Part shown: one piece after another, positions 13,330 to 25,900 of the stretch
Numbering within the stretch: position 1 is the first letter of the stretch
Layout: each line of letters begins with the position of its first letter
Source: Raillietiella orientalis
Taxonomy: Eukaryota
Direction: 5' to 3'
DNA length: 64,000 bases
Assembly: GCA_036172245.1 (NCBI GenBank)
Contig: JAYWIR010000001.1
Span: 1,302,001-1,366,000, forward strand
The notes under the pieces: model-generated
The model's database searches: none
Seen by the model: only the letters and a program-made list of their open reading frames with translations
What the model was told of the DNA's origin: nothing
Made by a program: the position numbers and the translations under genes

Positions 13330-14205
13330 AGAAGAACCCGAAGGTATCTCCGTCATCTCGAACGAAGAGACGCAACGGACAGCGTGATCCCGGAAAGGTG
13401 GGAAGCGACGTGCTACATAGCAATTAAGACGGAACTTCTGGGAGTTTGGACAACTCGGGAAGCGACGTGCGCTGCGACCCCCAGTGTCCCATCCCACGCA
13501 CTTCTACACTGGGGAGAGGTGCTCCACATCCCTCCGGAGGAGGTGGAGTAGCCTCTGGAGTACTGGAACAGCGGAACCCTCCCCTTCAAGTGGAGGGAGT
13601 CGGCGTTGCCGGCAGCGCACGGGGGAATCCCGTGAGAAGGGCGACACAGGGGAGCGTGGACGCTCGGTGCAGCAGGTGCAGGAAGGAGACCCTTCCGCGC
13701 CTACTGTTGGACCGTACTGCCCTCCGACCCCTTCGGCATCGCATCGCGGCCACCCTACGATCATTTTCAGATGCCACTTCGCGCGCGGTACCGCGCAGCC
13801 GCACTGCCGCGTATCTCGCAGCTCCTTGCTGTTCTTACGGGATCAAGGTGGCCCGGAACGTCATAAGAAGAAGCCGAAGTGGCGGGGACGCCATCCGCTA
13901 GACGCGCATCTTCCCGAAGATCACCATAAGATGACCCCGCCTGGGGGTCATACGGACAGAACTTGCCAGCATCCTGAACAGGATGCAGAGGACGTCGTAC
14001 TGTACTCCCTTCCTCGGTCCCTTTTTTTGTTGTTGCTGTTTTGCTTTTGTTTCCCCCACGTTGTTGAAGCGGACCTCACGTATGCGGTATGCGAGCCGCC
14101 CTTCAGCAGGTTCGTTGTACGTAATAGAATCTTTGGTTCTACCACAAAAATGTAATTTCATTATTTTATATAATAAATGCCGCGCGTGATAGCATCCTAG
14201 GCCAA
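13330..14205 (+). mobile_element. Family-1 LINE 3' fragment
   Basis: ARCSRCRKETLPRLLLD zinc knuckle, T-rich UTR, GCGGACCTCAC motif, and AATAAATGCCGCG at ~14172. Confidence 0.8.
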
Positions 14206-14279
14206 CAGTAACGATGTCTCCGTGAGGTCGCTACTGGCTTTTTTTTTCTTTTTTTTAAAAAAAAGCCTTTCGAGGAGGC

Positions 14280-15260
14280 CCAAATGCGCTACCACGACGT
14301 CGATTTCCAAAAGCTGCAACGGGTGCTGTCGGGACTCTTTCTGGAAACCCGGATTCAAGAGTCGGGAGTTGCAGACGGTGTTCCAGGTCGGAAGGATGCG
14401 CCATGTGAATTGGAACGCGCCACCATCTTCAAGCTTCTTCCGGAAATGCTGAAGAAGTTTCCATGTGATCAAGAGAAGGTCATTCGTGGATATGGGATGG
14501 CTCTGGTTCCTGATCGCCAGGAGGCGACAACTCTGGTGACAACTCAAGATGCAAAAAGCACTGACGAATGCTTCTTTCCACAAGAACCCGCTGCTTCGCG
14601 GTGTTTGCGCAGGTGGAAATGAGGGAGAGGGGATGAGGGATATGCTGAACTCTGACGGGGAAGAGAGCGGATGGGTGGAACCGGGGGCGCAGAGCACCCA
14701 AGTTCGTTCTGTGAGAAATGTCGCTCGTCAGGCTGTTGGACCGTTCCCGCTGCAGGACCGAAGAATCCCCGAGGACTTTCGGATAGGGGAATCTCCGGAG
14801 AGGCAACCCCTTCTCTCAGAGTTTCCTCCCATTCTGGCCGTCCGCGAATGCAACGCCAGAAGCCGAGGTGGCCAGACTGCCTCGTCGTTCCTCAAGTTTA
14901 GTATGGATGTCCCACTGCAGAAGAGTAGTTACGCAATACCTTATTTTGAGACAAAATAGGTACGCACCGATGAGCCCTGCGCTTCCTGCAAAATGAATGT
15001 TTTCACTGGAAAAAAAAATAAAACAGGGAAACAAGAGTATCCCTGGCAACCATGCCCTTGGTACACGGCTCGGTGTGCTTTGAGGGTGATCCCTTCGATG
15101 CTGACTAGTTTGGATCCCTGGGTCTATGGCGCTGCAATTCGGTTTCAGGCTGTTCTGGAGGTCGGGCAGGGGAAAGCCGGGCAGTTGGTTGTTCCTTTTG
15201 GTTTGGGGCACCAGGCTGAGGACAAGACCCTTCGTTTCCTTTTGACTTCCTTCTTGGAAC
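14280..15260 (+). pseudogene. Possible highly decayed LINE post-RT region of another family
   Basis: Frameshifted LQRVLSGLF/FWKPG resembles the post-RT FxW motif, and there is a downstream PCASC. Weak. Confidence 0.25.
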
Positions 15261-15879
15261 TTTCTCTCTTTGCAAAAAGAAATAAAAAAAGAATCACATC
15301 CGGAAATCCCGGTATATGAAAGCATCATTGGTATCATCTCCTCTGGCTCTCCTTTTCGTTCCTGCGAGGAGGCGCCTCGTTTCCTTGCCCAATGCGGGAA
15401 TTCGTGCGCGTGCGGAAGAAGAAAAAAAAAAAAAAACGCGCGCGTGGCGACCCCTTTCATTCATGTATCTGATCCGGTCTGTGTCTGCGAGTTCAGACGG
15501 GGTGTTCGTGAGATTTTCGAACTCGACCTTCGCATCTCCTCCGGCTCTCCACGACGTGCTCCCTGAAAAGGATAGTAGTCTGTCAACTGTGGAAGCAACC
15601 CGTCGGGAAGACGGCTTGGAGTCCCAGAGTGGTACTGATGCAACAGGCTCGTTTGGAACAAAAGTCAGTCCTGTCAGTTGTGGCAGATTTTTTCTTTCCC
15701 CCACCGAGCTCTGAGTTATTTTTAGCTCGTTTCGGAGGCAACGTTAGCTTTGCTGACGCCACAGTGTGCTCCAGAAGAGCACAGAGGGATTCTCCTCCTC
15801 AAGTTGATTCGGCCTTAAAAGATCTTTAAAAAAAAAAAAAAGTCTTGTTTTCCTTAGATCCCGGAAGATTCAGGTTTAT

Positions 15880-17345
15880 CCCTTCGGAAATAGAAGGGAT
15901 TTTAAAATCTACAGCGACAAGCAAATGGAAGCTTTCTCTAATAGAACGCGAAATATGATATTTTTTGTTGAAATGTGATGACTACTGAAATGAATCCCGG
16001 ACGCTACTCCTATCTTCTACTCTTAAACGTGACCATTTCTTTAACTGTCTCCTTTTGCTGGTTTCTTTTGCATCCTGCTAGACAAGTACTTCCTGTTCCA
16101 CTCGAAGAGATCTTCCAGGCGTTCTTTATGCTTTTTTGATGATTTTCGTTTTCTAAACAGAACGTGTTTTATCCAACACCGGAACGTGTTTCCACGCAAC
16201 TCGTGATTCCACAAGATCATTTATAAGTTTACAGGACAACGTTGTTGCACACGTCTGTGAAAGTTCTTTTTCTCCAGCTCAGTCCAGGATTGCCAGCTCT
16301 TCTTCAATAAGAAGTTGCGCCGATGCTCCAGCATCAGCAGCTGCGGCGACGTGATTCGTACGCGGAGACTCGAAATGCATTCTTCCGGTCGCTCTGGACG
16401 GTGTTGCCAACACCGGAAATATCTGCTGCCGCTGGAAACATGGTTGTTCTGGTTAGGTGCCGTTGTTGTCACAACCGCATTCTGCTTGACAGTACACTTG
16501 CTCGGTTTGATGGAATGAAGACCCAGAATCTTCAACTTAAACGATGGTGATGCTAATCTCAAGAGGTGGAGACGCAAGAGAAGGAAGATGAGCGAAGTAG
16601 GAGAGAGTGGCAACCGTGGTCAAAACAGATTACCTTTTGCCGCGTCACTATCGAATCGTCACTGTAGATGTCACCAGGATCGAGCACATTCCCTGCAGTG
16701 ATGTCCTCCCCCAAAAACTTGAAAGTGAACATGAACGAAACGGGGAGGTTCCCACAACCAGTTGGGATCAGTTAAATTCACGGGAGTCGCGGTCGGGATG
16801 TAGCAGCACTGTAGCACGGAGGAAGAAATCCTGTCCCTGAGATACCTCAGTTGTTCAGCAAGAAGACTGTGAGTCTCCAGCATCCAAATCCGAACGGACA
16901 ATCTTGCCAGCTCTGTAAATCAAGCGAGTGAGAATCCTGTCCACTCGCATGCCCAAGGCGTTTCTGCGTGCCAGTTCGTACCAGGAGTACCAGCAGCGCC
17001 TCAGCCAGAGAAAGGCATCTTCTCATGTTCACAGAAGGATGCATGGATAGCTCGTGCTGCAATCCCAGACGTGCTCGCTCCCGTGGATAAACTTCTGGTG
17101 ATTCCAAGATCGGGGAAGAAGCAGCGTTGGAACTCGCGAGATTCACGGTATTTTGCAGCATCCGACGTACGAGAGCAGAACAAAAGCGTTGGAACCGCGA
17201 TACCGGAAATGGAAAACGTGGGAGATGGTTTTGCAAACCGTTCGCTGCTGCTAAGAAACTTGCATGATGCACACAAGTTCGCAATGGGTTCCATACTTAG
17301 CAATATGCGATGGCCACTGAAAGCAAGGCAGTGCAAAGCTGTCTG
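15880..17345 (-). CDS. Putative intron-rich gene segment, product unknown (upstream exons possibly at 21150-21480)
   Basis: Minus-strand GT...AG pattern with open candidate exons ELARLSVRIWMLETHSLLAEQL|gtatct and FLGEDITAGNVLDPGDIYSDDSIVTRQK|gtaatc. Confidence 0.4.
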
Positions 17346-17364
17346 GTCAAGCGCGATCGGTTGA

Positions 17365-17785
17365 AGATCGGTTGTACCCGGTCACGGCGGGACAAGCCAA
17401 TTATTTTTAAATAAACTACAAATCAGGGGGACCTGAGCGTCGCCTGGGTACAGGTACAGAACAACAAACAAGAAAAAAACAGTTTACTTGGAATGACCAG
17501 CGACACTCAGGCGTGCTTCTAAGGGAGTCAACAGCAGGGTGAGAGGAACTTTTGATTTCAGCTGCCCCTTTCTTCACAGAACCGGTGCTGAATGCTGTAG
17601 ACCTCTCCGGCGACTTCTTGCAGGTGTGGCCACCTCACAGCTGGCCTCATCTCCTCTGGGGATGGAGACGGCTGCAAAGATGGCGGATAGCGCCTCTCTT
17701 TACTGCGAACGAGACTCCATTACAGTGGACTGTCACTATGGCGCGGATGCAGCACCTCGTTGCGATCACAGCGCCGCGTTGATAA
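17365..17785 (-). mobile_element. LINE 3' end (same subfamily as the 3723 and 33042 copies)
   Basis: Shares GATGACCA(T/G)CGACAC...TTCTAAGG and CGATCAC(A/G)GCGCC blocks with those copies. Terminus CCGTGACCGGGTACAA. Confidence 0.65.
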
Positions 17786-17789
17786 ATGT

Positions 17790-20664
17790 TTTTCTCCGCG
17801 GCCGACACGTGTACGGCATTCCGGTGCGGCGCGGCGTGAGACAGGGAGACAGCCTGAGCCCCTTACTCTTTCAGCACCTACTTCGATTTTCCCCAAGTCC
17901 CACAAGGGGTGGGGTAAATTTATTCCTCTCTAATTTGAATACTCTTTCACTTACACTGTTTGGGATTTTACACGAAAAGTGTCTGCACTTTAGGGTGGGG
18001 TGCTCATTGTTGTTTCCCGGGAGTCGTCCTCAATCCTCTTCAGGATGTATTGGTACGTCCAGGCCTGGACTCTGCCACAATTTCTGATGCCGTTCTCCTT
18101 CTGGATGAGTCCTTGTAGAATCTCCATCGGCATTGCGGCTCTCCTGGCTTTCCTCATTTTCCACCACCGCACAAGTATGGCGATGATGAAGAGAGAGATG
18201 GTTGTTCTCACCATGGGATTGTAGGAGGGAACATTTCCAGTTCCCTGAAACATCCCGGCAAGAATTTGCATTACGAAGCTGGTGTTTCTTTCGATAATTC
18301 TTTTCAGGATCAGCCAGTCTCGAAGCGATGCGGGACACTTCAAGATATGTAACCTCGTGTCTATGTCTCCACATGCCTGGCAGTCTTCATCTTCCCTTCT
18401 TCCAGTGAAGTATTTCAGTCTTGCTCCACTCAGAATTCCTCCGTGGTAAAACATCAGGAGGTTATCCTGGGTGTCTAGTGGAAGATCACTCTTCCATAGG
18501 GTCGTGCCAATCGCTAACAGGTTGATTCTGTCACTCCCGTAGCGATCGGCAGCTTCCTGGAGGGCACTGGTATCTTGGTCTTGTTCCTTTATAATTCTCC
18601 AGAGGTTCTGCTTTGTTACCCTGGACCACGCGGAGTCATTGTGGTTTTTCCATACCTCGCGTGTCCTATGGGTGAATCTTCCTAACATCATCTCTATATA
18701 CCGAGGTATACGAGCAGCCTACTTTGAGTTGGTTGCTTCGAGTGCTGAGGGAGCACAGGGATACTCTGGCTTCTCTGCCGAGCTCGTGCCCCGGTATGTC
18801 GGCCGTGTCAGCCTATGCAGATGACCTCTTGCTACTGCTCCCCATGTCTTCTCCTGCAGACGCACTTGAGGAATTCTTCGATCTGTTAAGCAGGGGAGCA
18901 GACATAGAGATGAACAGAGCAAAGTCAAGCCTGTGTCCGGTCGACGCGACGTGGGCTGGGCAGTCGGACTGGGTCCGTATGGGAATCCCCACGGTTCAGT
19001 ACTTCAAGTACCTCGGCATGCCATTGGGGGACGTTTCCCCTACGAAAGCGTGGTCCGGCTGCCTCCAGAAGGCAGAGTTGACGCTGGGCTCGTTCGAAGA
19101 AGCCAACTTCCGGTTCCCGGAACGGACCGTCATTTGGAACACCTTTGTGGCCTCTGTCCTCTAACCCTTGCTTTTTGTTTGCCCCGCCCCCCTTCGTATG
19201 GTAAAATGGACGAAGGACCTCCTTCGAAAAGCTCTCTAGCCAATGGGAGGTCCCGAGTCCGATTAAAAGACCTGAGCGCTACTCGTCGAGATGGAAGTGT
19301 TGAACTCCTGACGTTGGAGTGCATGGAAGTTAACTGAACTTCCGAAGACTGGCCTTCGTGGCACAGAATTGGGCCACCCATTGGTGCTCCCTTGCACGTC
19401 TGCTCTTCCGTCTGGAGGTCGGTGGCGAAGGACTCTCAACCCTGTTTGCATGTCACCATCGCCGGCTCCCATCTTCCCTCCCCAGTGTGTCGCTGCTCTG
19501 GTGAGAGCAAACACGTGGATTTCCTGCCGTCCTACGAACATTCTGCCTGGGCGGCAGGAGCAAGAGAGAACATGGGCCCAGTTCACCCAGTCCCCGCCGG
19601 AAGTTACCCGCTGCCAAGAGTTTCAGAAGACAGCGGAAGAACATTGGAGGCGGTGGGTAGTGAGCTGACCATGTTGGCCTACCCAGCAGCCACCCCCTTT
19701 GCCGCAGCGGTGTCCTACGATATCGAGGTACATGGCACCTGCCTACCGGCGAAGTGGGAGGTTTCCTGCGAGATCTCGGCCCACGGGAAGCCTATTGGTG
19801 GCTGGATACCGCGTGAGCTGGCTGACGCGGCAACAGCAAGAACCGCCTCCAAAGGACTGGAACGTTGGGGCGATCTCTTCTCCATTCAGCCCGAAGAGTT
19901 AAAAGTGCTCCCGGGTTTACGGACAGAAAGGTCCTTCCCCTCAAGTGGCAGCAATCGGTGCTGCTGACACTGCTCTGGGGTCTCCCATGCAATGCACGCC
20001 GGCACCACTGGACGAGGGGAAGCGCATCGCCGGACTGTTCCAGGTGTGGAGAGAAGGAGACATTCCACCACCTCATACATAGTGCAGTGAGTCGCCCTCC
20101 AGGACTTGTGGGAACGTTTCTCTGCGTCCCTTCCTCACCCCGTGGACGATCCCAGAGCCTCTTTGAGATCCCTCTTCGTGCGGAACGCCATGACGCCATC
20201 AGCCGCAATCGCAGCGCTGTGCTGCGTGCGCGGTGTCGTCGCGGCGAAGTGCGACGCCGAGAGAGCCCGGAGCTACGGGGGGGGCTGCCCTGCATGCCAT
20301 CCGCTTCCTGCAGATAGCTTTGAGGTGGCCCCACCTGGAAAGAGGGAAGGAAGAGCTCGTTGGCATCCTTCAACGGTTAAAGAGGCTTCACCTACCACGA
20401 AATGTGATTCCCTTCCCTTCCCCCCGATTATTTTTTTGTCTTTGTTTTGTTGTCGTCGTTGTTGTTTTGTTAATCTTTATTGTTTGTTATAGTTTGTTTT
20501 CCTTTTGTTCTAATTTTGTTTCATCCTCCTTCCCCTTCGTGTACGTGATGGATCTCGCCAGCTCTCCCTCTTTTTTCCTCATGCAATAATTGGAATCGGT
20601 GAGCCTTTTGGCTCCATCTATTCCTGCAAGAAAAATTAACGCCCCGGCGCACCCGGGTTTGAAA
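17790..20664 (+). mobile_element. 5'-truncated family-1 LINE: RT C-half to 3' end, frameshifted, interrupted at 17887-18712
   Basis: RRGVRQGDSLSPLLF, AYADDLLL, MNRAKS, FKYLG, PDCSRCGEKETFHHL, and terminus AATTAACGCCCCGGCGCACCCGGGTTTGAAA. Confidence 0.92.
17887..18712 (-). mobile_element. Family-2 LINE, 5'-truncated insertion with an uninterrupted C-terminal ORF (zf-RVT-like)
   Basis: ORF 17990..18691 stays open up to the junction and contains CQACGDIDTRLHILKC. AATAAA at 17924-17919, then a hairpin and A4. Imperfect TSD AGCACCTACTTCGA (17873-17886) / AGCAGCCTACTTTGA (18713-18727). Confidence 0.9.
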
Positions 20665-20761
20665 TCACGGCCCCTCGCATGATGAATCTCCTCAGCAAGT
20701 GCGCAGCTGTGTCTTCCGGCTGTCCTCCTGAGTGCCGAAGTGAGTCGCCACGTGCCCTCGA

Positions 20762-21110
20762 TTCTCACCCAGGTGCGCCGGAGCGTGTATTTCAATAGAA
20801 AATAAACGTCATCAGGAAACTGTGGTTGGACCGGCGGTCCAGCCACGCGCCTTATGATGTGAGCCTGCCGGGTAATCGGTTCGCAGACTGGTGAGGTCCA
20901 CCACGGCAAGTTACTTGAAAGTACCTGCCCGTGGGGATACCCAGGCAGGTCCAGTCCGACCGCCTCACCCACGACGCACCGACTGCGACGACCGAGGACT
21001 TGGCCCTGTTGACGCGCATGTCCGCTTCCTGGCGGGTGGCCTCGAAGAAGTCCTCGAGCCTAGCGGCCAGCGTGGACACGGGCAGCAGGAGAAGCAGGTC
21101 GTTCAACGTA
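20762..21110 (-). mobile_element. Internally deleted family-1 LINE (RT YADD-KYL segment fused to 3' UTR)
   Basis: NDLLLLLP...VNRAKS...GIPTGRYF is followed directly by GCCGTGGTGGACCTCACC 3' UTR and terminus CGCTCCGGCGCACCTGGGTGAGAA. Confidence 0.85.
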
Positions 21111-21649
21111 GGCTGCTAGGGACGGCATGCGCGGGCAGAAAGTTGGTCTGTTGACCAGAATCAGCCTGTACGCCTTCAGCGTCAACCCGAATTGGATTTT
21201 GAAGAGCATAGGGCTTGAGCTGCCGTACGCGTGATGCCTCTGAGTACGTCAACGCCGCGCAGGTGGCAGCCGCCGAAACGAAAAAGTAAAACATTTTGCT
21301 TATCGTGGAGCTGTAAAATGGCTGTCACTTCCGCAAGGGTGCGCTGCATCGTCACCCCACCCACTTCAAAGTGCAGAGGCTCAGGGTAACCGCACGCTGA
21401 AACCACAGTCGCTGCGAAACGACCTAGCGACATGTTGCAGACACGAGAGGCAAAGAATGGGAACTGCCACCGCTTCATGAGGCCTGTGCCTCCGTTGCGG
21501 GGAACTCTTCCCGCAAGTCAACTATACAAGAGGCGACCTAGAGCAAGCAGATTTGTGAGCAGAAAGTAAGGATGAGCTGAACTCAAATGGGAAAGAGAAC
21601 AAATCGATGAAAACGTGGGGGTGGCGGAACGCGAAAATAGTCCGTGCCT

Positions 21650-24600
21650 CAGCGCATCAGAGCAATGCCCGATAAAAGCCGTACGTTCCCTCTATGAAAG
21701 CATCGGATGGTGACCAAATGAGCGCGCCAAATCCTCTCATGAAACTGAAATTGTGCCCCGAAGCGCCACACTCACGCTGGTGGAAAGATAAACGAGGAAT
21801 CGCGCATCCCATCACGCAACGTGTCACCAGCATGCGGTAAGTGAATAATGGCGTTGAAGATCCAGTTAGTCAGATCAGTGCTTTGACATGTGTGCAATAG
21901 CCATCTTTGGTTGCAGCATCCCCCTGTGCTCTTTGCTCGACAAGATGCGGAAACGCTCTGCTTCCAGAGAACTCATCCTCTTTGAGACTCTTGAGAGCCA
22001 TTCAGCAGCTGCTTGTCTTGTCCACAGTTTTCGCGCCATTTCTCTCGACACTCTTTAACAGCAATATTTTCTTAAGGCACTCCTACGAACGCATAAAACA
22101 AAAGTCAGTGTTTTGTACACCTCTTGCAGTTAGACATTATTTGTGCGTACGTTGCAATTCTTTCGACGTTTGCGTGCATTGAGTTATTAGCATAGATACA
22201 AGTGTTTCGCTAAGAGTATATCTAGTATTACGACCACTGAATGTCGGCCACCTGTACTGATAGTTCCACGTTCTCAAACTGCTCACGGTTATTTCTTTTT
22301 AGTGTCGGATTCGTGAGTTGGAAAAGAGGGATGATCTCAGGTGCCTTTGGAGGTTTGGTGGCCATCTACGTACTGAGCGAGTCTGCAGAGGAATAAGGCA
22401 GCACGTGTTTTCTCGCAGAGACTCTTTTTCGCGGTGTGATGAAATGATGCTCTCGCATTTTTGCGATGGAGACTTTTCTCTCCCGCCAGTTTTAGTGAGA
22501 AGTAGAGAGAGAGAGATAGAAAAATTGATTCTACAGCAGCATAAATCAAAAAAATCAGCCTAAATGATAAACAGCTTGAAATGAATTATTAGAAACATCA
22601 GCACGGATTATCATCGAAAACTCCAGAAAGTTAAAAGCTCGCAGTGACGTAAAAATGGATGATAGAATGGAACGGCGCACAGATTTTCTACCGACTCATG
22701 TTCTCTTGAAGACTCCACACACGTTTCCTGTGAGATGCTCCACTCGGTAGAGAGCAAAAAGCAACTCGGCAAGGAGAGACTGCTGCCAGGCAACGGCAAC
22801 AAAAACACGGGAGACTGCGTTTCCCTATGGCGAGAATAGAGCGTTATGGATAAATGCCTTCTGAAGCAGTGAGGTCCCTGCAACCGAAGCAAGAAGAACC
22901 GTTCTCCTCTAAAGCTGTTGACCGAAATTCCATTATCCCAAGCAATACGCAGAAAACTTTGTGGTTGTACCGACGATCTCACATTCCGAGATCTTGTGCA
23001 GGTATGAATCGCTGCAACTTGACACCCGGCAAGAAGTCTGCCTTCTTAATCCGTCAGGACAACGAGTCACGAAGAGACCTGCAAGAGGATGGATGCCTCA
23101 GCATGTGGCTGCCGCTTACGGATGCTTCCAAGCTCAACTCGGAGATCAAGCAAAGAGCTTTTAAAGGCATGAAAGACGCTCACGGATAGCGAAGCGGCGC
23201 CTTCATCTCCAGCAACAGCCGTCTGCTAGCAACAGCGCCCGCCTTCTGGGGAGGAAAAATTTTTTAGCGCCACCACTAATTTCTCTTGTCGCTTGTTCCT
23301 GCGTAAGGCAAGAAGCCATTACGAGCAGGTTTGCCGAGAAGGCGTTTTTTCCAACGGCCGCAAGTCGTTTATGCTGCAGCCACAGATCGACTGAATCCTT
23401 TTATCTTGCGCAAGCGTGGAAGCTCTTCGCTTGTATTTGCTCGTTTTCGTGCAGGTGTACAGAACCTTCACTCAGTGTACTTGAAGGGTTGCATTCTTCC
23501 CGCGTTCTTGTAAACACACTGATGATCCGAAATTGATCTCCCATTCCCAGTCTGCTGAAGTGTGGAGATGCTACGAACTTTGCGTTTTCTATTGGACCTA
23601 AACCTGGCCTGCGTACGCACGCGTTCGATCCCCATCCCTTCGAGGCACTCTCAAACACTTACGGATAGTCACCTCGCTGTTTGCCCTGCTGTAGGCGAGG
23701 TCTCCTCGACCCCACTTCACGCTACCCGTAGAAGGTGCCCGTTCTCTTTTGCCAATCTTTTCGTCTTTCCACCGATCCTTCCGCTGGTCGCTGCAAGACG
23801 GAAAAAATGAAATAGACGCCACAGAAAATCATCCAAAGACCTCTGCAAGGAGATGTTATGAATCCAGTGATCGTTCGCTTCGGATTCCATGAACTGGGTT
23901 TCTCGCCTTAAACTGAATTATCGGTGGGTCACCTTCTTCGACAAATCCTATGACACCGTTTGAAAGTGCCATTTTCGGTCGCGCAATTTTCAATCCTGCG
24001 GCATGGAATGGAGTAGAAGATCCATATTTTCAAAAATGCACGGAAAGTGTTGAAAGGGCAATATTTATAGTTCAGAACCTTCTTTAGAAAAAGAAGTTGC
24101 TGGCAGCATGGAAACGAAACCTCCTGCTTACTCGAAAAGAGTATGTGAAAACTACCGGCCGAACTGACTTTCCACGTCTTTCTCTCTTTTGCTCTGACCT
24201 TTTTGAAGATGCTAGTTGCACTTTCATTGCATCTGCTGGAGTCTCCCATCCAAGGGAGTGAGAACTCCAAACAAAGCTAGTAGGCTGAGAACGGCAGGTC
24301 ACATTGAGAATTGCAAGCCGACAGGGAATTTCCTTTGAACAAGATGCACTAGAATGCACTAGAGGGAATCTTCCTATTCGAATGAGACTTTTCGTCTGAT
24401 CCGTCCCTTCGAGCGATGCTCCCGAACTTCGATCCGGAATTCGTTCCCAATGCATTCTCCAGTATTAATAAATTAGTCATTCCTTGTTACTGCGGGAACT
24501 ACGAGTCGATGTGCGTGGTCAGGCGGGGGAAAGCTGCATAGCATTTTTTCTTTTTTTTTTTCTCTCCTGATAGGAACAACTTTTCATGAGTGTCGTATGT

Positions 24601-25480
24601 GAAAATTTCTGGGATGAACGTTCATTAGGAAGCACTTTCATTAAAAGGAAGAATTTCAGTAGATATCCTGTGGATAAGGACCTGAGGATAGTAACAGTTC
24701 TGAGATTGCTTCTCATCTCAATTGGTCCAAATCGAAATCCGTAGTTTCCCCGACAGAGGATTTTGGGATGTGGCTCCAGAGAGTTGCAGTTATTTCATGC
24801 ACGGCTTCTGAATATCCATGATTTGGGAGGAACCATTTGACCTCTCAACCGTCCTAGTAAAATGTATACGATTCTTCGCGTGACGTAGCCAAAAATACGT
24901 TTCCATCTTGGTGAGTTCCTCCAGAAGAATTTCCCTGCCTCGAATTCCAGACTGCAGTCGACTGCACTCTCCAGTACGACTCAGAAATCAGCAAACCTCT
25001 GCCCCTTGTGATGATCAACACAAGGGGCAGAGGTTAACCCAACCTACCCCTACTCTACCCTACCCAAACTAACCTACCCTACCCTGAGCTGTGTTGCAAA
25101 CAATGTGTGCGGCTGCTGGTCAGACTGTTCTGGACCCGTTGCTCATTCGTAACTTCGGTACCTGCGAGCGGTCTTCGTTCGAGAGTCCCGAATTTATTCC
25201 GGAACTCTTGAACGAAAACCTCTCGCAGTCTGCAGAAAGACATCTCACATCCCACCGCCTCTCATCTGGAAGCTTCTATAGGTGTTTGTTTTGAATCCTG
25301 CGCTGTCTGCAAACTCTTTCCTCAATAGGTGGTTCTCATTTTCCATCTTCGCTCAGAAGCTTCTACGGTTCAGCGCTGGACCATCTCCTGAATCTCGTCA
25401 AGTTACGCAAAGAAAGCATGCAAACTCCTTCCTTACGCTGCTGGCGCTTCCAGAATGGGTAGCACAGTCGACTCGGGGGG
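21650..25480 (+). CDS. Putative intron-rich gene segment, product unknown
   Basis: Removing GT-AG introns 22869-22952 and 23002-23057 gives MDKCLLKQKLCGCTDDLTFRDLVQDNESRRDLQEDGCLSMWLPLTDASKLNSEIKQRAFK in frame. More GT/GC...AG units flank it; limits are uncertain. Confidence 0.45.
24994..25086. repeat. Perfect 17-bp hairpin followed by a degenerate (CCCTA/TAACC)n tract
   Basis: AACCTCTGCCCCTTGTG-atgatcaa-CACAAGGGGCAGAGGTT (24994-25035), then about 50 nt of CCCTA/CCTAA-like units. Confidence 0.9.
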
Positions 25481-25489
25481 ACCTGCAGA

Positions 25490-25900
25490 AGGAAGGCCAT
25501 CATAGTATGACCTTTTTGGGGTCAACACCTATTTCTACAGTTCCCCCTGGCGCATAGGTTGAATGACCCTTCGTGGCCAGAGAAACAGTGGCGGTTCATG
25601 GTCCGTGGCAGGTTTTCCAAGAGTCTCCAGAAAGCAGAAGCTCCGAGGGCAAGAACCTGTTCAGGACAGCATCCTCCGTTTTCTCTCCCTCTCTCTCTCT
25701 CCTACCCCTCATCCAGGCTTTGTTTTATCATCATCATCATCCTCACTTTCCTGATCTCCCAGCAGGGGATTTTCCTTTCTTTCTGGGACTGGAAGGGAGC
25801 GAGCACCCCCCTTACGACTGGGAAATCGCATCTGCCTCATCAACTTAAGAAGTTCCTGGAAAAATTCGCACGCAGCTTCGAGGACAGATAAGTAAGGATA
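25490..25900 (+). pseudogene. Possible decayed LINE RT thumb/post-RT fragment
   Basis: SMTFLG is in the style of the KYLG motif, followed by FLSFWDWKG...NRI. Weak. Confidence 0.3.
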
